Source: Calditrichia bacterium
GTDB lineage: Bacteria > Calditrichota > Calditrichia > RBG-13-44-9 > J075
DNA length: 64,000 nt
Direction of reading: 5' to 3'
Assembly: GCA_050633245.1 (NCBI GenBank)
Contig: JBOEGD010000010.1
Coordinates: forward strand, 93,987-157,986
A program made the translations under genes and the position numbers. Positions within the stretch are counted from its first letter, which is position 1, and each line of letters starts with the position of its first letter. Shown in pieces: positions 9,494 to 19,009 of the stretch. The notes beneath the pieces were generated by a model that was not told the origin of the DNA, made no database searches, and saw only the letters and a list, made by a program, of their open reading frames with translations.

Positions 9494-10438
9494 TTATTTC
9501 GCCTGGGGACGTTTCTTTTGAACAATAAGTTCAAACTTCTGGTGTCGCGGCAGAGCAGAGAGAATCGGCAGTTCTGTAATTATCGCAGCCGTTACGTGTT
9601 TTACACCCGGTCTCCAATCTTTACCGAAATCGATTACCGCCCGAAAGTCTTTCTGCTCCGCTTCAGCCAGTATTTGTTCTCCACCTTTTACTAGAACCGA
9701 GACTTTTGCAGGGAGCGGCACAACCTCATAATTCATGTCAATGTTGACTACCTCTACAGGTACATCCTCGATTACTTTTTCCGAAAGGCGCTGGATATCA
9801 AAATTCACGTTGATTTCAGTTGGCTGATATTGACTAAAAAAGCGCGGGTGACGTTCTACAGTATGCGGGTCGATAAAAGCCTTATCGCGATCTAAGAATT
9901 CTTTTTTAACAATTTTCAAGGACGTTAGTGTATCTACATAACTTGCAGGACCAACAACAGCAATTGAATCAGGTTCCGCACGTACATCAACCAGAGTAAA
10001 TCCAGCAGAAGTTTTTACTTCAGATTCCACAATAAGCTCTATTTTTCGCTCTCTTCTCCGATCGACTTCAAACGTAATTTCATGAGGTGTAACAATTGAT
10101 TTTACCTCAATATCAACATCCTCTGAGAAGCGCACATATTCCTTATGAGAGGCCAGGTTGCGAGTCGACTTTTGACGCACATCAGATAAATCAATATCAT
10201 ACACGGGAGAGTAAAAGTTCAATCGCATCAGATCCAATCCACGTCCGTTAAACTTAACGCGAATTTTATCCGGGGCAGGATATTTCAGGATATAATCCTG
10301 ATTGTTCATGGTAATATTGAGCGGAATGTCCACCGTGTGGTCAAAGTTATTACTGAGCTTTACTACAAGCCAAAAAGCAATGGCAAGCGCAGTAATCAAT
10401 ATCAAAACGCGATAGTTTGTTGGTGCAGGTTTTTTCAT
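9494..10438 (-). CDS. YbbR/CdaR-like membrane-anchored protein
   Basis: N-terminal TM helix (AIAFWLVVKLS) followed by repeated YbbR-like units (P..I.V.G, PDSIAVVGP, PAKVSVLVKG). Confidence 0.7.
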   Translation of the reverse strand: MKKPAPTNYRVLILITALAIAFWLVVKLSNNFDHTVDIPLNITMNNQDYILKYPAPDKIRVKFNGRGLDLMRLNFYSPVYDIDLSDVRQKSTRNLASHKEYVRFSEDVDIEVKSIVTPHEITFEVDRRRERKIELIVESEVKTSAGFTLVDVRAEPDSIAVVGPASYVDTLTSLKIVKKEFLDRDKAFIDPHTVERHPRFFSQYQPTEINVNFDIQRLSEKVIEDVPVEVVNIDMNYEVVPLPAKVSVLVKGGEQILAEAEQKDFRAVIDFGKDWRPGVKHVTAAIITELPILSALPRHQKFELIVQKKRPQAK

Positions 10439-11221
10439 TTAACCAAATAACGTTACGGCGTCTCCCACAACAGCATCCAGTTTTTTAGCAGCACGCCCTT
10501 TATTTAAGGCAACCTGTAAAAATCCCGAACTGTCCCAGGTTAGCAAAAACGCTCCTTCATCAACGTCACCAAAGGTCTGGCGTACGCCTTTTAGTTCCAA
10601 TTTCTTATAGCGAATTCCCGGATCGGCAATAGCTTCCAGTTTTAAACAATCGTCCTGATGTAGATTTAAAATAAGGTTTCCAAAATGGTCGACATGAAAT
10701 ATTTCAAGTCGATACTCGCGATCGCTAATTTGCTGCATGGGTTTCAGGAATGTGGAAAGTTGCGACAACGGGTTAACATTATTGGTCATTCGTCGTCCAT
10801 TCGCCAGCCATGCCGCGACTCGGGAAAACACATCCCGACCGTGAAATGTAGGGGCAATATCTTCGCCCAGAGAATCCATTTTTATTTCAAATGCCCGGTA
10901 GCCCTCACTGCGGCAGACGAAGCTGAACACTCCATTATCCGGTCCGATAAAAATATGCTGGCTCGTTTCAACAATCACGCCTTTTCGTGGCGTTCCCACT
11001 CCCGGGTCTACCACAACAACAAATATGGTTTTTTCCGGAAAGTGTTTATAGCTATTATTTAGGCAAAATGCCGCCTGTCGAATATTATACGGTTCTATCT
11101 CATGACTAATATCTACAACGTGGATATGTGGAGCCAGATCGAGTAAACGACCTTTCATCGCTCCGACATAACCGTCTTCCGTCCCGAAATCTGTCAATAG
11201 TGCTACAAAAGATGAGCGCAT
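10439..11221 (-). CDS. SAM hydroxide adenosyltransferase (DUF62; chlorinase/fluorinase family)
   Basis: LLTDFG, VVDPGVGTPR, GPDNG, TFHGRDVF and DHFGN motifs. Confidence 0.88.
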   Translation of the reverse strand: MRSSFVALLTDFGTEDGYVGAMKGRLLDLAPHIHVVDISHEIEPYNIRQAAFCLNNSYKHFPEKTIFVVVVDPGVGTPRKGVIVETSQHIFIGPDNGVFSFVCRSEGYRAFEIKMDSLGEDIAPTFHGRDVFSRVAAWLANGRRMTNNVNPLSQLSTFLKPMQQISDREYRLEIFHVDHFGNLILNLHQDDCLKLEAIADPGIRYKKLELKGVRQTFGDVDEGAFLLTWDSSGFLQVALNKGRAAKKLDAVVGDAVTLFG

Positions 11222-11265
11222 AATAATTGATTATTGATTATTATTTATGTATAAAAGACAAATCG

Positions 11266-11360
11266 TTTGTTCTCTGTTCTCTTATTTCTGTTCTGTTCTG
11301 TTCTGTTCTGTTCTATTCTATTCTCTTGTCTCTGTTCCCTGTTCTCTTCTCTCTGTTCTG
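11266..11360. repeat. Low-complexity tandem repeat (TTCTG pentamers and TTCTCTG heptamers)
   Basis: Directly visible in the mutM/DUF62 intergenic region. Confidence 0.85.
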
Positions 11361-11396
11361 TAGTTAAATCACAAATCTTCACTCATAATTCATCAC

Positions 11397-12203
11397 TCAA
11401 AACTGGCAGCTTCGACAAAAGAACGTCGATCTGCTCCCCATCACTTCTTTTTCAATGATTCCAGTACAGCGTTTACAGGGCTCACCATGTCTCTGATACG
11501 TTTTTAAATAGGTCTGCATTTTTCCAGCTTCACCATTTACCGTTTGATAGGCGCTGTAGGTTGTGCCAAAATTATTAATAGCCCATTTAAGCACCGCATG
11601 AATCTGCTCAAATAGCTTTTCCCGTTCTTCCTCGCTAAGAGATGTAGAAAGTCGTTGGGGAAGAATTTCGGATTCAAACAAGATCTCGCTGGCATAAATA
11701 TTACCGATTCCAGACAGTTTTTGTTGATCCATCAAAAAGAGTTTCATGGTGGTGCTTCGTTTATCCAGGAGTTCTGAAAGTTTTTCGAGTGTAAGCGTTT
11801 GAGAAATCGGGTCAATACCAAGTTTCTCAAAGACCGGATAGTGGTGATAAAGCCAGACCTTCCCAAAGCGTCGCATATCCTGATAAAACAGCTGTTTACC
11901 AGACTCAAATGTCCATTCAATGTGAATGTGCTTGGGGTATTTAGAATCGGCGCGATCTTTTAGAAACACTCCAGACATGCCAAGATGCACAACCGGAAAA
12001 ACTTCACCACAGCGAAATATCAGATATTTGGAAAGCCTGTCTATATCTTCAATGGTGCGTCCAACAAGGTCGTAGCGAAATTGCTCGGCATCGCAGTTTT
12101 TTAGCAAAACCGGCTGATGAATAAGGACTTCACTTATTGTTTCGCCCTTGCAAATCGGCAAGAGTTGTCTACGCGTTGTTTCTACTTCCGGTAATTCCGG
12201 CAT
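11397..12203 (-). CDS. mutM: Formamidopyrimidine-DNA glycosylase (Fpg)
   Basis: N-terminal MPELPEVET (ATG 12203), HLGMSG, DMRRFG, GIGNIYASE and C-terminal zinc finger CKRC...CRSC. Confidence 0.95.
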   Translation of the reverse strand: MPELPEVETTRRQLLPICKGETISEVLIHQPVLLKNCDAEQFRYDLVGRTIEDIDRLSKYLIFRCGEVFPVVHLGMSGVFLKDRADSKYPKHIHIEWTFESGKQLFYQDMRRFGKVWLYHHYPVFEKLGIDPISQTLTLEKLSELLDKRSTTMKLFLMDQQKLSGIGNIYASEILFESEILPQRLSTSLSEEEREKLFEQIHAVLKWAINNFGTTYSAYQTVNGEAGKMQTYLKTYQRHGEPCKRCTGIIEKEVMGSRSTFFCRSCQF

Positions 12204-12283
12204 CGCAATTCTCAGCTTGATTTCAGTGGGACAATTTAATAGATAGTCGGTGGGATAAAAAGACCTAAATACAGGAAAATCAA

Positions 12284-12311
12284 CCGGAGAGAAAAGAAAG
12301 ATTCTCTCCGG
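12284..12311 (-). terminator. Stem-loop downstream of the peptidase M64 gene
   Basis: Perfect 10-bp inverted repeat CCGGAGAGAA/TTCTCTCCGG; U-tract is weak. Confidence 0.5.
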
Positions 12312-12320
12312 CAATGGAAT

Positions 12321-13712
12321 TTACTTACCACTATAGAGATTGATTACATCTTCGACAACGGCGCTGCAAACTTTGCAGAACGGCACGTCGTTTCGGCTAA
12401 ACATTATACAGTCTATTTCCGGCCGATAAAACGCCTGAGCGTCATAATTTGCCCCCTGAAAGGCACCGGTTTTTCCGTAATATCGAGCTTTGGTAAACAA
12501 CTCCGTTTCATAGGCCATTTGCTTATTGAACAAAGTCGTCATTTCAGACTCTGGAAGTTTTGCTGCACGGATCTCTTTGCGACGCTTTTGAATATCACGC
12601 GCAAAAGACTCATAAGCTGCCTTTGGCCAGGGAGTCGCAAGAGGCGTTCCTTCTTCTACAAACGCCTTCCACTTCAAATTATCGGGATCCAATAAAGCTG
12701 TGGCATTCGCTTCCCATGGTTCGGCAACTTCTTTTGGCGCGCTATACGCCACCGGAGAGGTATAATATTCATCTGCCAAAGCGGCAAATGAATGCCCGAA
12801 TTCATGAACGAATACATACTCTGCCCAATCATTGTCTACAGCAACTGTACCTTGCTGATTATAGATACCGCCGCCACCATAAGTCTTACTGTTCGCCAAT
12901 ATCAAAACGAAATCATTTGGGGCGAAGGAAGCGATTTCCCGCATGGTCTTATTTTCATAGGTGAGCAGATAACGTTCGGAACCAAAGATATCATAAGAAC
13001 TTCCCACCGGCGAATTGATGTGCACGCCTGTAGACGGTCTCGAAACCCCTGACACCGGCGAAGGTGGACAAATTCCCCAAATATTGAAATCTGTACGGCG
13101 ACGTTTAAACGGCTCCTCAGCGAATAATGCTTCCATCATGCGCGTGGCATCTGCCTTGAACTTATCCATTTCTTCAGCTGTATATCCATCTCCCAGCATC
13201 ACAATGTCGAGTTTCTCTGTAGGGTCACCGTTTTCTTCCAGCGCAATCAATTCCTGCCTTTCCGGAGCAGCACGATTGATATACATGTCGGAAGGATCAA
13301 GCTCCAGGCGCCAGACTTCCTTGAACTCAACGCCGGACTGCCGTTTCTTCACCACCACGCGGGCTTTCCCCGTCGGAGCAGGAAATCGCAGGGATTCTTC
13401 AAAGATCCGGTTGCGCTTTTTTGCTTCGGACGTCGATTCCCACTCCCAGTAAATCGGAGAGAATCCACGGGTATACAGGACTGTTCCGCTAGTATCCTGA
13501 ACCTCAAAGCGAAACACGCCGAACCCAAGCGTACCTATATCACCTTTCTCGCCATCCGGCCAGGGAAGTGGCTCAACAACAATCTCATCAAGGCTATAAA
13601 CAGAAGTCTCCAGACCACCGGTATAGAAATAGTCGACTCGCCATGTCTCGCGATCATTTTGGGCAAATAACATCCCCATACTTAGTATCAGGAACAGATA
13701 GAGCTTTTTCAT
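12321..13712 (-). CDS. Peptidase M64 (IgA peptidase family)
   Basis: Signal peptide; DIVMLGDGYT, YGGGGIYN, zinc motif HEFGHSFAALADEY, and CIM...FCKVC. Confidence 0.9.
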   Translation of the reverse strand: MKKLYLFLILSMGMLFAQNDRETWRVDYFYTGGLETSVYSLDEIVVEPLPWPDGEKGDIGTLGFGVFRFEVQDTSGTVLYTRGFSPIYWEWESTSEAKKRNRIFEESLRFPAPTGKARVVVKKRQSGVEFKEVWRLELDPSDMYINRAAPERQELIALEENGDPTEKLDIVMLGDGYTAEEMDKFKADATRMMEALFAEEPFKRRRTDFNIWGICPPSPVSGVSRPSTGVHINSPVGSSYDIFGSERYLLTYENKTMREIASFAPNDFVLILANSKTYGGGGIYNQQGTVAVDNDWAEYVFVHEFGHSFAALADEYYTSPVAYSAPKEVAEPWEANATALLDPDNLKWKAFVEEGTPLATPWPKAAYESFARDIQKRRKEIRAAKLPESEMTTLFNKQMAYETELFTKARYYGKTGAFQGANYDAQAFYRPEIDCIMFSRNDVPFCKVCSAVVEDVINLYSGK

Positions 13713-13924
13713 AGTAGATTTCCCATGAGAGATTAGAGTATTTTCTAGTTTCCCACAATTTAAGCAAAATCAGAATAGAAAAAAACAGCGGCTGCAACTT
13801 AATGGTGAGTTAAACTGACCACAGCAGACTCAACCAGCACTTTAAATTATTTCAAACAATATCGTGATTAGACAACGATTGCATTCCGTTCTATGTTGAC
13901 TTTTATCCAAGACTCTCCAAATCC

Positions 13925-14692
13925 TCATTTTTTGCGCTTGCTAACAACAGCGGGAGTCTCCCAAAACCGCCCACCACCGGTAGTATAAATAAAAGCCATC
14001 AACGTGAAGAGCATGAATAGAATACCTGTAAACGCAGTGGAACCAGATCTGCCAGCCTGGTTGTCGCTATAAGTGAAATAGTGCCCATGGAGTGGTGAAC
14101 TAAGAGAAAGAACGGTAAATCGTTCTGTTGGAAAGGTCGTTGCCTCCCCTATTGCAACAACTATATAGAGAGAATCTCCGGCTGAGATTTCCTTACGAAA
14201 TCGTTCCCGGTTTTCGGTGGTCATCAGATTACCCACAACATCGTATCGTCTACTGTCCCCATTTAATCGAATATAGATATTCGTATTGACGATTCGACGA
14301 TTTCGATAATTTTGGTACTCAACAGAAGACACAACATTGCGAATCTCCCGCGTCTTTTCCCTTTGCAGGTTTTGCGCAGAAAAAATTGTAAACAGCAGCA
14401 TGGATACACCAAGGAAAAGCGGAAAAAATCGACTGATGTAAAAAAAGGTTGTCAACGCAATGCGTTCTCTTCGAGCTTTTCCGGGCATACTTTCCAGAAT
14501 CTCAGCCTGAATTGATGGCGCAAGTATTATTAATATAACAGAACTCAAAACAGCGGCCGATGTAAGGATCTCGCCAATCGACCAGGTTTGCCATGTAGTA
14601 AGCAGTTCCCGAAAATTCGAAAAGAATAGCCAGAAAAGTATAAAGTGAGTCAGAATGAGGATATACCATTTCATCTGCCTGGGCATGGCCAT
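13925..14692 (-). CDS. Hypothetical membrane protein
   Basis: Three N-terminal hydrophobic segments, a soluble beta-rich domain and a C-terminal TM helix. Confidence 0.6.
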   Translation of the reverse strand: MAMPRQMKWYILILTHFILFWLFFSNFRELLTTWQTWSIGEILTSAAVLSSVILIILAPSIQAEILESMPGKARRERIALTTFFYISRFFPLFLGVSMLLFTIFSAQNLQREKTREIRNVVSSVEYQNYRNRRIVNTNIYIRLNGDSRRYDVVGNLMTTENRERFRKEISAGDSLYIVVAIGEATTFPTERFTVLSLSSPLHGHYFTYSDNQAGRSGSTAFTGILFMLFTLMAFIYTTGGGRFWETPAVVSKRKK

Positions 14693-14813
14693 TAGGGCTC
14701 CATATTAATTCCATAGAGTTAAACGAAAGCGATTCTCGGGGAGTAATTTGAGAGGTTTAGTAAAGATATGTGTATTTTCCAGAGAAACCAAATATGAGAC
14801 GGGGTATTTCCAG

Positions 14814-17318
14814 CTAAAGAATTTCCACCGGATCCATATCGATGTGAACATCAACCGGCCATTTTTTTATTTCCGGATTGAGATAGATACTGCGTTTGAG
14901 CAATTGTCGCACGTAAGACATGGAGGGGTCGCCTTCACGATCTTGTTTTACCAAGATGTGATAGCGATAGAGTCCGTTTAGACGCATTAGCGCGGCCGGA
15001 GCCGGGCCAAGAACGGCGTAGTTTTTACCTCTTTTAGCGCTGAACAGAAATCGACTAATTTCAGCGGCATAATGAGAGACGTCGTTTTCCTTCTCGCCGG
15101 AAACTCTAATAAGACATAATCTTGAGTACGGCGGATAGTTCAGTGTTTTACGCGTTTGCAGCTCACGCCTCACAAAATCCAGATAATTATGCGTCTGTAA
15201 ATATTTAAACATGTAGTGTTCCGGCTCGTAGGTTTGGATTAGTACCTCACCGCTCAGTGCGCCACGTCCGGAGCGCCCGGCTGCCTGCATCAACATCTGA
15301 AAAGTCTTCTCAGCTGCACGAAAGTCCGGAAACTGCAGTCCCTGATCGGCACTAACAATTCCAACCAACGTTACCTGTTCGAAATCCAGTCCCTTCGCAA
15401 TCATTTTTGTGCCAATTAGAAAATCAGCTTCTTTATTGCGAAATTTTCCCAGAATTCGCGCGTGATCGCCTTTTTTTCGTGTTGTGTCCTGATCCATGCG
15501 CAGCGCTGTTGAGTGAGGAAAGCGGGTATTGACATGTTCCTCAATCATTTGAGTGCCAATACCTTCATAGCGGATATCCAGGCTGGCACAGTCCGGGCAT
15601 TCGCCTGGCGCCTTGGTGGTATAATCGCAGTAATGGCAACGCAGCGCCTTGCCATAGGTATGATAGGTAAGCGTTATATCACAGTTGTCGCATTTCAATA
15701 CAAATCCACATTCCCCGCACTGAAGATATGGCGCAAACCCGCGACGGTTTTGTAGCAACATGGCCTGTTGGCGAATGACAATTCGCGCTTCCATTTCCAG
15801 CTCGAGATTTTCGGATAGAATGGGTCGTTCACCAGACTTTCTCCATTCTTCTCGCAGATCGATTAAACGAATGCGTGGTAGCGACCTTGCCCCCACCCTG
15901 CTGGCCAGAAAATAATAGTCGTAGCGCTTTTCTGCTAATGCATTAAACAGACTCTCAAAACCGGGCGAGGCCGATCCAAGAACAACCGGAATATTATTCA
16001 GGAATCCTCGATAAAGCGCGACATCGCGAGCGTGATAGCGTGGCGAAGAATCGTGCTGTTTATAGCTGCCTTCATGTTCTTCGTCGACAACGATAATCCC
16101 TAAGTCTTTAAATGGGGCAAATATGGCAGAACGCGGCCCAATGACCACATCAAAATGACCTTCGCGAATACGCTGTAAAATCTCCAACTTCTCAGACTTT
16201 GACAATCTACTGTGTATAACGGCAACACGCTTCCCAAAGGTATTTGAAAAACGTGCCATGGTTTGAGGGGTGAGAATAATTTCAGGTATCAGGACAATTG
16301 CCTGTTTACCCATCTCTACGGCTTCACGAATCAGTTCGATATAAATCTGCGTTTTTCCACTACCGGTAATACCGTGCAGCAGGAATGCGCGATGCTCTTT
16401 ACCAAGTTTTGGACGAACCATTGTTACAAAACCAGCCTGTTCCTCAGTGAGGGTGATTTCCTGTTTCTTCTCTGAGTAATCCATTTCCTGGCTGCGCAAC
16501 AGCTTTTCCTGCCTGCTGGTTATTACACCCTCTTCTGAAAGCCGCTTCAATAAAGCAGAATTAAAGCCGCCCTCGCGCAGCGAAACACGATCTTGTGCGC
16601 CTACATCTTTTAGATGTGCGATTAAACGCAGTGCAGAGGCATAACGCTCTGAAGACCCCTGTAAATATTTATTACGCGCCTTCTCCGTCCAGTCGGCTTC
16701 ATTTTTTTTTAAGGAAAAAATGTCGACCGTCTTATAAATCTTCACCTCAGCCGGAGGTTGATAATGGGTTTCAACAAGCTGTTTCTTTTTGAGCAGATGA
16801 ATGCGATGCAGAAGATTCTTGCGTTTCAACTTTTTCTCGAGCTTATCGAGAGATGTCCACTCTTCGGGCTTCAACACTTCCCAAAGTTCCTGTTGCGATT
16901 CGCGAAGCTCAGGCGCGGGCTCATCCGCACGTTTTATCATCAGCATAGATTTATTCAGATTCACGGATGGATTGATGAGTCGAAAGGCTTCACCGAGATT
17001 ACAAATATAGTAATTGGAGATCCAGACCAACAGGTCGAGCATCTCCTGATAGGCAAACGGTTCGCTACTAATCACATCGTGGATTGATTTTAGAGCATAG
17101 TCGTGTTCACCAGGATCATCAATAACATCAAGAACAATACCTGCGCTATAGCGTTCGCCGAATGGCACGGTGACCTGAACCCCGGGTTGAATAAGCTCTG
17201 CAAAGGCCGCTGGAATTGTATAGGAAAACGACTCATCTACCGGAATGGGCATAATAACCTGAGCAAGCCGTCCGTCGAGCAGCTTAGCATCTGATTTATT
17301 TGCAGTTTTCCTGGCCAT
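14814..17318 (-). CDS. priA: Primosomal protein N'
   Basis: HGITGSGKT Walker A, VDEEHEGSYKQ, NRRGFA, Cys-rich zinc region and QAAGRSGR. Confidence 0.96.
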   Translation of the reverse strand: MARKTANKSDAKLLDGRLAQVIMPIPVDESFSYTIPAAFAELIQPGVQVTVPFGERYSAGIVLDVIDDPGEHDYALKSIHDVISSEPFAYQEMLDLLVWISNYYICNLGEAFRLINPSVNLNKSMLMIKRADEPAPELRESQQELWEVLKPEEWTSLDKLEKKLKRKNLLHRIHLLKKKQLVETHYQPPAEVKIYKTVDIFSLKKNEADWTEKARNKYLQGSSERYASALRLIAHLKDVGAQDRVSLREGGFNSALLKRLSEEGVITSRQEKLLRSQEMDYSEKKQEITLTEEQAGFVTMVRPKLGKEHRAFLLHGITGSGKTQIYIELIREAVEMGKQAIVLIPEIILTPQTMARFSNTFGKRVAVIHSRLSKSEKLEILQRIREGHFDVVIGPRSAIFAPFKDLGIIVVDEEHEGSYKQHDSSPRYHARDVALYRGFLNNIPVVLGSASPGFESLFNALAEKRYDYYFLASRVGARSLPRIRLIDLREEWRKSGERPILSENLELEMEARIVIRQQAMLLQNRRGFAPYLQCGECGFVLKCDNCDITLTYHTYGKALRCHYCDYTTKAPGECPDCASLDIRYEGIGTQMIEEHVNTRFPHSTALRMDQDTTRKKGDHARILGKFRNKEADFLIGTKMIAKGLDFEQVTLVGIVSADQGLQFPDFRAAEKTFQMLMQAAGRSGRGALSGEVLIQTYEPEHYMFKYLQTHNYLDFVRRELQTRKTLNYPPYSRLCLIRVSGEKENDVSHYAAEISRFLFSAKRGKNYAVLGPAPAALMRLNGLYRYHILVKQDREGDPSMSYVRQLLKRSIYLNPEIKKWPVDVHIDMDPVEIL

Positions 17319-17393
17319 GCGCTTCCATTGTATTAGCGTTCATTATATCTTATCAATTGGCGGGCATTTTTTGAAAAGTGAACCGAATAAAAT

Positions 17394-17427
17394 AAAAAAG
17401 CCTGTTTAACAAAACAGGCTTTTTTAT
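17394..17427 (-). terminator. Intrinsic (bidirectional-type) terminator after rplI
   Basis: AAAAAAGCCTGTTT...AAACAGGCTTTTTT inverted repeat with A/T tracts on both sides. Confidence 0.85.
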
Positions 17428-17460
17428 AAAAATAGTGCTAAATGTAATAATGTCTGACTG

Positions 17461-17904
17461 CTATTCCTTTACAACCCAAACTTTAATTTCCGCAGTGACT
17501 TCCGGAAACAGTTTAATTGGAACAGAAGTAACTCCAAGTGCCTTAATCGGCTCTTCGAGAACAATTTTACGACGATCAATTTCATGACCTTCTTTTGCCA
17601 GAGCATCAGCAATATCCTGAGAAGTAACAGAGCCGAACATCTTGTCTTCTTCACCGACTGAAACCGGGATTGTTAGAGAGACGCTGCTTAATTTTGCAGC
17701 CATGTCCTGAGCAATCTGAGCTTCCTTACGGACCTTCTGCTGCTTTTGGCGCTGTTCTTCTTCCAGCATACGCACAAAGTTTGGGCGTGCCGGGTAAGCA
17801 ATCTTATTTGGAAGTAGAAAATTTCGGGCATAACCAGGCTTCACGGTAACGATATCACCGGTTTTTCCGAGATTCTCATAATCCTGTCGAAGTATAATTT
17901 TCAT
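17461..17904 (-). CDS. rplI: 50S ribosomal protein L9
   Basis: MKIILRQD..LG..GDIVTVKPGYARNFLLP, MFGSVT and PIKALG. Confidence 0.97.
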   Translation of the reverse strand: MKIILRQDYENLGKTGDIVTVKPGYARNFLLPNKIAYPARPNFVRMLEEEQRQKQQKVRKEAQIAQDMAAKLSSVSLTIPVSVGEEDKMFGSVTSQDIADALAKEGHEIDRRKIVLEEPIKALGVTSVPIKLFPEVTAEIKVWVVKE

Positions 17905-17939
17905 GTTATCTACCTTTTCAAAATCACGTTCAGTTTAGA

Positions 17940-18197
17940 TTAGCGCTGAATATCGGAAACGAACGGCAGTAATGCCAAGTGGCGAGCACGCTTAATAGCT
18001 GTTGCCAGCATGCGCTGCTGCTGAATCGTATTTCCGGAAGTGCGTCGCGGCACGATTTTGCCCTGTTCGGTAAGATAACGAACGAGCAGTTTGGTGTTGC
18101 GAAAATCGACAAACAAGATTCCGTTTTCGCTCAGGCGACTAATTCTTTTCTTGCGTGTTTTAACGCGTCCGCGTCCACGGCCTCTACTTGGTGCCAT
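17940..18197 (-). CDS. rpsR: 30S ribosomal protein S18
   Basis: VDFRNTKLL, GKIVPRRTSG and QRMLATAIKRARHLALLP. Confidence 0.96.
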   Translation of the reverse strand: MAPSRGRGRGRVKTRKKRISRLSENGILFVDFRNTKLLVRYLTEQGKIVPRRTSGNTIQQQRMLATAIKRARHLALLPFVSDIQR

Positions 18198-18840
18198 CTT
18201 CAGTTACCTCATCGTTTGTCTTTTCAGCTTCTTCAGTGGTTTCGATAACCTTTTCTTCTACCGTCTCATCCGGTTTCTCTTCAGCAACCGGCTCAGCAGG
18301 TGTTTCTGCAGGCTTCTCTTCAACTACCGGCTCGGCGGCCTTCTCTTCAACTACCGGCTCGGCGGCCTTCTCTTCGTCAGCCGGCTTGGCTTCAGCAGCA
18401 TCGGCAGCGGGTTTCGGCTTAGTGGCAACAACTGGCCTTGGAATCGGAACGGTCTTGGTGTTGGATCGACCTCGACCACCGCGTGAATCACGTTCGTCTT
18501 CATTAGGCTTGCGAATAGAATCCATTTTGCGCTGATTCAATTCTTCTTTCGTAACCACATAGGTCAGATAACGAAGCACACGATCGTTTAGACGGTATTC
18601 TTTTTCGATGATTTGAGGAATATTCAAACGGCTGGGAGCGGAAAACTCTATTTCTACGTAGAAACCGCTGGTGCGTTTTTCAATTGGGTAAGCAAGACGA
18701 CGCTTGCCCCAGGGATTGTGTAGAACAATCTCACCACCATGATCTTCAATCAGCTGCTGAATGCGGCTGGTGATGGTATCTACTTCCTCGGGGTTTTGCA
18801 AGACATCAACAATGAAAATCGTACAATAATGCTGTTTCAT
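18184..18840 (-). CDS. rpsF: 30S ribosomal protein S6 with long acidic C-terminal tail
   Basis: AAGGAG RBS before ATG 18840; WGKRRLAYPI and VLRYL; position in rpsF-rpsR-rplI. Confidence 0.93.
   Translation of the reverse strand: MKQHYCTIFIVDVLQNPEEVDTITSRIQQLIEDHGGEIVLHNPWGKRRLAYPIEKRTSGFYVEIEFSAPSRLNIPQIIEKEYRLNDRVLRYLTYVVTKEELNQRKMDSIRKPNEDERDSRGGRGRSNTKTVPIPRPVVATKPKPAADAAEAKPADEEKAAEPVVEEKAAEPVVEEKPAETPAEPVAEEKPDETVEEKVIETTEEAEKTNDEVTEDGTK
18313..18375. repeat. 27-bp in-frame tandem duplication in the rpsF tail (EEKAAEPVV x2)
   Basis: CTTCTCTTCAACTACCGGCTCGGCGGC repeated perfectly twice plus a partial copy. Confidence 0.9.
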
Positions 18841-18844
18841 TGTT

Positions 18845-18886
18845 TCTCCTTCGATCTTTCGGCCCTGTCTAAAAACAGAGCAGGAT
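18845..18886 (-). promoter_or_regulatory. Putative S6:S18 ribosomal-protein leader RNA
   Basis: AUCCU-GCUCUGU-UUUUAG-ACAGGGC-CG-AAAGAUCG-AAGGAG: inner stem, CCG motif and UCCU able to pair with the SD, matching the known S6:S18 leader architecture. Confidence 0.65.
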
Positions 18887-18961
18887 GAACAATTAATCAA
18901 TTATGCAGCGATAACGCTGTCAAGGGCATCAATATAGCCCGAACTATATCGCTCAGCAAAG

Positions 18962-18996
18962 CAAAAAAAAAGTTTCCCGGCAGGTAGCCGGGAAAC
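18962..18996 (-). terminator. Intrinsic terminator after hppA
   Basis: GTTTCCCGGC/GCCGGGAAAC stem followed by a long T run on the minus strand. Confidence 0.9.
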
Positions 18997-19009
18997 CAGT
19001 AAGAGCAAC

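Noticed and set aside
10439-11221. Fluorinase or chlorinase (halogenation)
   Set aside because: DPGVG..R and TFHGRD match the Asp-Arg-His hydroxide adenosyltransferase type, and there is no biosynthetic cluster context
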